From a virus (taxonomy: Duplodnaviria > Heunggongvirae > Uroviricota > Caudoviricetes), in IMG/VR virus record IMGVR_UViG_2579778778_000003: 15,371 nt of DNA. One strand, given 5' to 3'. The notes below the pieces were generated by a model. The model was not told the origin of the DNA and made no database searches. It worked only from the letters and a program-made list of their open reading frames with translations. A program made the translations under genes and the position numbers. How positions within the stretch are numbered: the first letter of the stretch is position 1; each line of letters starts with the position of its first letter. Positions 10,339 to 15,371 of the stretch are shown in pieces.

Positions 10339-10872
10339 CTGGCCGGAACTAATGAATTTATTGGTGAAGGTGATGCATATATTCCGCCTCATACAGGTCT
10401 GCCAGCAAACAGTACCGATATTGCACCACCAGATATTCCTGCTGGCTTTGTGGCTGTTTTCAACAGTGATGAGGCATCGTGGCATCTCGTTGAAGATCAT
10501 CGGGGTAAAACGGTTTATGACGTGGCTTCCGGCGACGCGTTATTTATTTCTGAACTCGGCTCATTACCGGAAAATGTCACCTGGTTATCCCCGGAAGGGG
10601 AGTTTCAGAAGTGGAACGGCACAGCTTGGGTGAAGGATACGGAAGCAGAAAAACTGTTCCGGATCCGTGAGGCGGAAGAAACAAAAAACAGCCTGATGCA
10701 GGTAGCCAGTGAGCATATAGCGCCGCTTCAGGATGCTGTGGATCTGGAGATCGCAACGGAGGAAGAAACCTTGTTGCTGGAAGCCTGGAAAAAGTATCGG
10801 GTGTTGCTGAACCGTGTTGATACATCAACTGCACCTGATATTGAGTGGCCTACGAACCCTGTCAGGGAGTAA
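10339..10872 (+). pseudogene. tfaD: tail fibre assembly protein Tfa, 5'-truncated (first ~14 codons replaced)
   Basis: Translation from ~10339 ([54 protein letters not shown]...EWPTNPVRE) matches lambda Tfa from residue ~15 onward; no in-frame start upstream; only an internal GTG at 10450. Confidence 0.75.
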
Positions 10873-10926
10873 TCATTGGGATTATGCCGCAGCACGTCTT
10901 AAGCAAGAACGTGCTGCGGTTGGATG

Positions 10927-11595
10927 CTATTTTTTCCCTGAAGCGGAAAACATTACTACAGTACCTTGAACCTTGGTTTTAACATTCTCGAAATGCTCTG
11001 AGAGTATATGTGTTAAGCCTTCTTCGGAATCTTTTGTGTTTGAAAAGATGCCTTTCTGATTGTAAATGCGCATCAGTTTTTGACCGAAGCTATTGTGCAC
11101 AACTCCATCGCCAAGAATTGTGGCTCCGTATAGAGTTCCATCGTCAGTTAAGGCCTGCGCCGCATTGCGTATTACACAGCTTTTTGTAGATATATTTCCA
11201 GGCAGGCAGTGAAGAAGGTAAAACATGGAAATGGAATCAAATTGACCATGTAACGCCGCGGGATAAGGTTCAAAAACATCATGGCTAATTTTATGTTTAA
11301 TTTTTGATTCCCCAGCCCTTGTAGATGCCGCGTTCAGGCTAGCTTCGTTCAAATCCATTAAAGATATCAGACTACTCTCAGGTACGTGAGTAAGGTAAAA
11401 CCCAGTTCCAACACCAATATCCAGATGGTTGTTACCTAAATGTTCCAGAAAGTGTGGAAGAAGGTGTTCCTTTGTAGGACATCCCCATGCAAGCCGATTT
11501 GATACTCCCAAAACCCACCAGTCATAAAGCTTTAGGGTAAGTGGTGTGTAAATTTTAGCCCCATCATCTGTGTTTTTTTTCATTAATTTCACCAT
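10927..11595 (-). CDS. ybcY: class I SAM-dependent methyltransferase (YbcY-like)
   Basis: 222-aa ORF (likely true start at the second ATG, 11583, which has GGTGA upstream); motif I LDIGVGTG; AT-rich relative to flanking phage genes. Confidence 0.75.
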   Translation of the reverse strand: MVKLMKKNTDDGAKIYTPLTLKLYDWWVLGVSNRLAWGCPTKEHLLPHFLEHLGNNHLDIGVGTGFYLTHVPESSLISLMDLNEASLNAASTRAGESKIKHKISHDVFEPYPAALHGQFDSISMFYLLHCLPGNISTKSCVIRNAAQALTDDGTLYGATILGDGVVHNSFGQKLMRIYNQKGIFSNTKDSEEGLTHILSEHFENVKTKVQGTVVMFSASGKK

Positions 11596-11651
11596 GTTAT
11601 AGTTTTATTTGTGAATTAAATCAATTATGGCGATGAATTACAAGGGGTTAA

Positions 11652-11957
11652 ATGCTGCCGCAGCATAGCGATATTGAAATAGCCTGGTATGCTTCGATAC
11701 AACAGGAGCCGAATGGCTGGAAGACCGTCACCACACAGTTCTACATCCAGGAATTCAGTGAGTATATTGCGCCACTGCAGGATGCTGTAGATCTGGAAAT
11801 CGCAACGGAGGAAGAAAGATCGTTGCTGGAGGCATGGAATAAATATCGGGTATTGTTGAATCGAGTTGATACATCAGTAGCTCTGGGTATGAAGCTGTTT
11901 GTAACTCATGTTACAGTAACAGTTATTACTATCTCGAAGGTGCAAAATGTATATTGA
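11652..11957 (+). pseudogene. tfaX: tail fibre assembly protein fragment (C-terminal Tfa homology only)
   Basis: Residues [37 protein letters not shown] duplicate the C-terminal Tfa segment found at 10709-10827; the N-terminal part is unrelated to Tfa. Confidence 0.65.
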
Positions 11958-12084
11958 TTTGATATTTTATAAATTTACTTCGAATCTGGCACGTCAACTT
12001 TTGATTAAAGTAATATCAGTTTTCGGCGAAAAAAGGACCGTGTACATGAGACGATTTCATACAATAATAACAAAAATATGAATA

Positions 12085-12120
12085 TGCTCCCAATGCAATA
12101 TATGTTTTGCATTGGGAGCA
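12085..12120 (-). terminator. perfect 14-bp stem hairpin with downstream U-run on the minus strand; candidate terminator of the vgrG-effector transcript
   Basis: TGCTCCCAATGCAA-tatatgtt-TTGCATTGGGAGCA; on the minus strand followed by TATTCATATTTTTGTTATTATTG; 20 nt downstream of the stop at 12141. Confidence 0.5.
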
Positions 12121-12140
12121 AATAGCGGAATATTTTGAAA

Positions 12141-13016
12141 TTATTGTATTTCTGCTTCAGAATTTCCTGGGCAGTATATATTTTCTATTTTTTGTGGAGT
12201 GATCAGGTGATGTACAACTGCTTTATCTACACATAAATTAACTCCGGTGAGAGCTAATGTATGCCCATCACCATTTATTGTTAGTAACGGGCTGGAAAAT
12301 TTCTCTGCCATCTTACGGGCATTAATCCAGGGCGTTGTTGGGTCGTATTTGTGTGCTACAAACAGTAAACCAGAGGGCAGAACAGTATTTTTCAGGCGAG
12401 TTTTGTTCAGGTCGCTATGTATTGGCCATAATTCACAAAAATCAGGCAAATCGGAACGTCCATTGTCAAAGTTAATAGCCGGGAAGGCATTCGCAAGAGC
12501 GTCTTTTCGGGATTTTCGCTCTTCTGGTGTTAATTGCTCATCCCCCTGATCTACACAGAGGATTACCCCCGAAGCATCGCTTGACTCTTCTGAGGCTATC
12601 GGAGCACTGAGCGCAGTTTCAATTTCATTACTGACAATCCCCTGAGAGAACTGGCGTATGGCAGTTGCAAGGGTTGGCCATGATGAACGCCATAGCAGAA
12701 GGTCTGTTGTTAATGATATGAGTTCATCTGAAGATATATTTTCTCTCTTACTGTCTAATAAAGGTTTGTGATGTAATTTTGATAATAGCTCATGGAACTG
12801 AGTTATTGCCTTATCTCTGTCTGAAGAAAGCGGGCAACTTTTTGTACGCGCACACCAGGATGCAAAGCGATCAAACGTTTCCTGATAACTCTGTGCCTGT
12901 TTGAGTTGCCATGTGAAGTTGTCCTCCAGGTCATCAGAAACTCCGCTCAAAGGATCTATGCTTCCTGCATGAGTGATCGGCCCGTTCGCCGATAGCCGCT
13001 GGCGTGGTACGTCAGT
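12141..13016 (-). pseudogene. C-terminal portion of an alpha/beta-hydrolase of the TAP-like (S33 peptidase) family; 5' part missing
   Basis: C-terminus has the TAP-like signature (CELWP...LLFVAHKYDPTTPWINARKMAEKF...LLTINGDGHTLALTGVNLCVDKAVVHHL) with the Asp and His catalytic region, but no GxSxG nucleophile. The frame is open upstream to 13016 without an ATG; the track ORF begins at a TTG. Confidence 0.5.
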
Positions 13017-13309
13017 TTAAGCCGGATCCCGTCGGTGTGACTGACACCCGTGATCCGGTACTGGCTGTCGCGCTCAAACGTGATGCGGTTGCTGGCGGTG
13101 TCGCTCATCCCGCCCAGCATGTACATCCGGTCATTGGGGCTGTGTGCCAGGCGGTCATCGCTGGTATCGTCAGTCACCGGGTGGCGCAGACGCATTCCCG
13201 GAAAGGCGTCATAAAAGAAGCGGCTGCTCAGTGCATCCCTGTCGAACAGCTCCAGATAATCATCGCGGCGGCGCAGAATGTACTGGGCGTGATACGGGTT
13301 AGCTGGCAT
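12956..13309 (-). pseudogene. possible Rhs / YD-repeat fragment
   Basis: 117-aa ORF with two YD-repeat-like segments (FFYDAFPGMRLRHPVTDD; YRITGVSHTDGIRLKLTYH); a stop lies 2 codons upstream of its ATG; overlaps both neighbouring frames. Assignment is by motif pattern only. Confidence 0.3.
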
Positions 13310-13625
13310 ACATCAGCGCAGGCACCAGAACCAGCGCATAAGGGCCGGTGGCACAGGCGGCCATAATCAGGCAACCTTCTGCGATGGTCACTATCGCCCC
13401 CAGCACGGCCCCTGCCAGCGCCCCCAAAAAACTCTTGTGCTGAATTTCATCGCCCAGCCTGGCGGCGGGGGGGCCGGACTTTTTTGATGCCAACATCTGT
13501 GCAATGGCTTTGTCGTTGGCTGCCCGTTTCATCTGGCTGGCGACCATCGCCTGCTGTGACAGCATTCGCATTGCCAGCGTACCGCCTGCGGTCGCTCCCT
13601 GTGGCCCGCCTGGTCCTTCACTCAT
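13299..13625 (-). CDS. N-terminal prePAAR-TMD fragment of a T6SS effector (class I, Eag-dependent type); PAAR and body missing
   Basis: prePAAR motif AARLGDEIQH (13437-13466) directly followed by a Gly/Ala-rich transmembrane stretch (FLGALAGAVLGAIVTIAEGCLIMAACATGPYALVLVPALM), then a stop; no PAAR repeats follow. The true start may be the internal ATG at 13496. Confidence 0.55.
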   Translation of the reverse strand: MSEGPGGPQGATAGGTLAMRMLSQQAMVASQMKRAANDKAIAQMLASKKSGPPAARLGDEIQHKSFLGALAGAVLGAIVTIAEGCLIMAACATGPYALVLVPALMYAS

Positions 13626-13644
13626 GTGTTATCCCTCGTTTATG

Positions 13645-14106
13645 TCAGCGCGGCTGGTCCTTTTGGATGTCATTCTCCGGTGGCAACGGGGTGAAGCTCT
13701 TTATCACCTCCAGCAGCATCGTCTTTTGACTGTTCTTCAGGGATAAGGAGGTGCTGAAAGTGAAGGTCAGCAGCGTATCTCCACGCCGCTGGAATACGGC
13801 TATCTGGCTAATCCGCCCCTGATTCCCCTCATCTTCCGGACCGTTCCAGGAATAATCCAGCAGCCAGGCCGGGGCCTCTGCCAGAGTGATTTCCCGGCAG
13901 GCATGTTCGGTGTACCCATCAAGTTTGCCCTGGTACAGCGCCAGCGTTTCCTGGTACAGCTCTGGTGTCAGGGTTCCCTGTGGAACGGCTTCGCGGGTAA
14001 TGACCAGGTTGATGCCACTGTTATCTGTGGACACCAGGACCTGCATTGACTGATCCTGCCATTGAGACGGCAGTTGAATGTGGCCTTCATTAAAAGTGAA
14101 CTGCAT
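13645..14106 (-). CDS. Eag-family effector chaperone (DUF1795)
   Basis: 153 aa; N-terminus MQFTFNEGHIQLPSQWQDQS typical of DUF1795/Eag adaptors; lies between vgrG and the prePAAR effector, the canonical arrangement. Confidence 0.75.
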   Translation of the reverse strand: MQFTFNEGHIQLPSQWQDQSMQVLVSTDNSGINLVITREAVPQGTLTPELYQETLALYQGKLDGYTEHACREITLAEAPAWLLDYSWNGPEDEGNQGRISQIAVFQRRGDTLLTFTFSTSLSLKNSQKTMLLEVIKSFTPLPPENDIQKDQPR

Positions 14107-14133
14107 AAAATACTCCCTGATAATCTGAGTGAA

Positions 14134-15371
14134 TTAGTTGATGAAAACAGAACCGCCCACGATGGTGATGCCATCCTTCGACAGCCTGATTACCGTCGAT
14201 TCCCCGACCTGTAGCTGAATGCCATCCGGCGTCAGCGCAATTTTGCTTTCCTCCACGGCCAGCAAAATTTCCTTAATCGCCGTATAAGCCTGTATACCGT
14301 CGCCTTCGCCACCATTGTTTACAGCGTCAACATGCACCGAACCGGCAATCGTGCCTCTGTCCTGAAAGACATCCTCAGATAAAGACCCTTTCAGTACTCC
14401 GGTGATCTTGTGGCCTTTTTCCACCGTAAGAAGGCGGTTACCTTCCTGGATCGTGACCGTCTGGTCATTTTTTACGGTTTCGCGATGATCGTGTTTTACG
14501 GTGGTGGTACGGTCGTTGAGCACTTCGGTATCCATGTTCTTCTGCGCGTGGATGTAGACCTGTTCTCTCCCTGTCGCATCATCAAACTTCAGCTCATTAA
14601 ATCCGCTGCCCATGTACGTTTTGGAGCGGATGGTCATCTGCGTCTTTGTTCCCGGCAGGCTGCCGGGGGTGCGGTTTTCCTGGTGGTAGGTGCGCCCCAT
14701 AATGATCGGCTGGTCCGGATCGCCGTTGAGGAAGTCTACAATCACCTCCTGACCCACACGCGGTATCGCCAGGTGGCCAAAACCGGTGCCTGCCCACGCC
14801 TGTGCCACACGGATCCAGCACGAACTGTCTTGGTCTGCCGGGTTATAACGGTCCCAGTTGAACTTCACCCGCACGCGACCATGTTCGTCGCAGAAGATTT
14901 CCTCGCCTGCCGGTCCTGTCACGACAGCGCTCTGCGGGCCGTCGACCAGCGGTTTCAGCAACGGCTGTGGTCGCCATGTTCTGTCTGCCGGGATCACCGC
15001 AAAATGGTTCTCCAGCGCCGTCCCCGCTCCCTGCCGTCCTGGCACCGCCTGTGGCTGTTCGCCGTGCAGTTCACTTGCCACCACCTGCCATTCCCGGTTC
15101 AGGTTCGCCTGCGGATGCCCCGTCAGCACAATTCGCCGTCCCGGCCATATCTCCGGCGAGCGGCTCATTCCCCGCGCGGTTTCTGCGTTGTTTCGCCAGC
15201 CGTCCATCTGCCAGCGGGCAAAGTTCTGCCCGTGGGCGCTCTTGAAACGTCCGGGGTAGTCATACACTTCATACTGCGTGCGCTGGTAGTCCTGGTGCTG
15301 GCCTTCCTGTTCAAAACGTCCGGCCCAGCCGGGGCGTTTAAAGGTGTAGTCTTTGGTCACCACGGAAGAAG
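14134..15371 (-). CDS. vgrG: VgrG spike protein, C-terminal ~410 residues (gene continues beyond the window edge)
   Basis: Frame open to the window end; gp27/gp5-like region (NWDRYNPADQDSSCWIRVAQAWAGTGFGHLAIPRVGQEVIVDFLNGDPDQPIIMGRTYHQENRTPGSLP) and C-terminal beta-helix/DUF2345-like region ending GSVFIN. Confidence 0.9.
   Translation of the reverse strand, partial: SSVVTKDYTFKRPGWAGRFEQEGQHQDYQRTQYEVYDYPGRFKSAHGQNFARWQMDGWRNNAETARGMSRSPEIWPGRRIVLTGHPQANLNREWQVVASELHGEQPQAVPGRQGAGTALENHFAVIPADRTWRPQPLLKPLVDGPQSAVVTGPAGEEIFCDEHGRVRVKFNWDRYNPADQDSSCWIRVAQAWAGTGFGHLAIPRVGQEVIVDFLNGDPDQPIIMGRTYHQENRTPGSLPGTKTQMTIRSKTYMGSGFNELKFDDATGREQVYIHAQKNMDTEVLNDRTTTVKHDHRETVKNDQTVTIQEGNRLLTVEKGHKITGVLKGSLSEDVFQDRGTIAGSVHVDAVNNGGEGDGIQAYTAIKEILLAVEESKIALTPDGIQLQVGESTVIRLSKDGITIVGGSVFIN

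Noticed and set aside
10285-10834. ORFs 10285-10500 (-), 10352-10633 (+), 10577-10834 (-)
   Set aside because: 10352-10633 is the tail end of the stf-derived frame running out of frame through tfa; the others are antisense to tfa.
11981-11992. cttcgaatctgg resembling a tRNA T-loop (possible att core)
   Set aside because: No flanking acceptor or T-stem complementarity; too short to call a tRNA fragment or attachment site.
12247-13746. Plus-strand ORFs 12247-12549, 13004-13366, 13484-13729, 13504-13746
   Set aside because: Antisense to the hydrolase fragment, Rhs fragment, prePAAR ORF and Eag gene in GC-rich DNA.
13968-15259. ORFs 13968-14174 (-), 14597-14821 (-), 14858-15259 (+), 14967-15245 (+)
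   Set aside because: Overlapping or antisense to eag and vgrG; Pro/Ala/Ser/Arg-rich translations typical of GC-rich shadow frames.

Overview
This window reads as the right arm of a defective lambdoid (DLP12-like) prophage from an E. coli-type genome, followed by a decayed type VI secretion vgrG island. All calls rest on reading the ORF translations and sequence by eye; no searches were run. Left to right: (1) two unassigned genes (71-433 minus; 928-1419 plus) separated by an unusually GC-rich, repeat-rich spacer; (2) a Q-type late antiterminator (1545-1928); (3) an intact nmpC-type porin on the minus strand (2118-3215) with a hairpin-rich 3' region that fits the IpeX sRNA; (4) an AT-rich spacer with a candidate late promoter and terminator; (5) a phage-21-type lysis cassette (pinholin, SAR endolysin, Rz with embedded Rz1) and bor; (6) ybcV, ybcW and ylcI homologues; (7) an apparently intact lambda cos site with Nu1, A and W; (8) portal gene B cut at about codon 103 and fused to an internal tail-fibre fragment and a 5'-truncated tfa, so every capsid and tail gene is missing; (9) an AT-rich SAM methyltransferase (ybcY-like) flanked by direct repeats of tfa sequence; (10) on the minus strand, a VgrG C-terminus running off the window edge, a DUF1795 Eag chaperone, a prePAAR-TMD effector N-terminus, a probable Rhs fragment and a truncated alpha/beta hydrolase. 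The best candidate for something undescribed is the 71-1527 locus upstream of Q, but I cannot assign it a function from sequence alone. No CRISPR array, rRNA or tRNA gene is evident.
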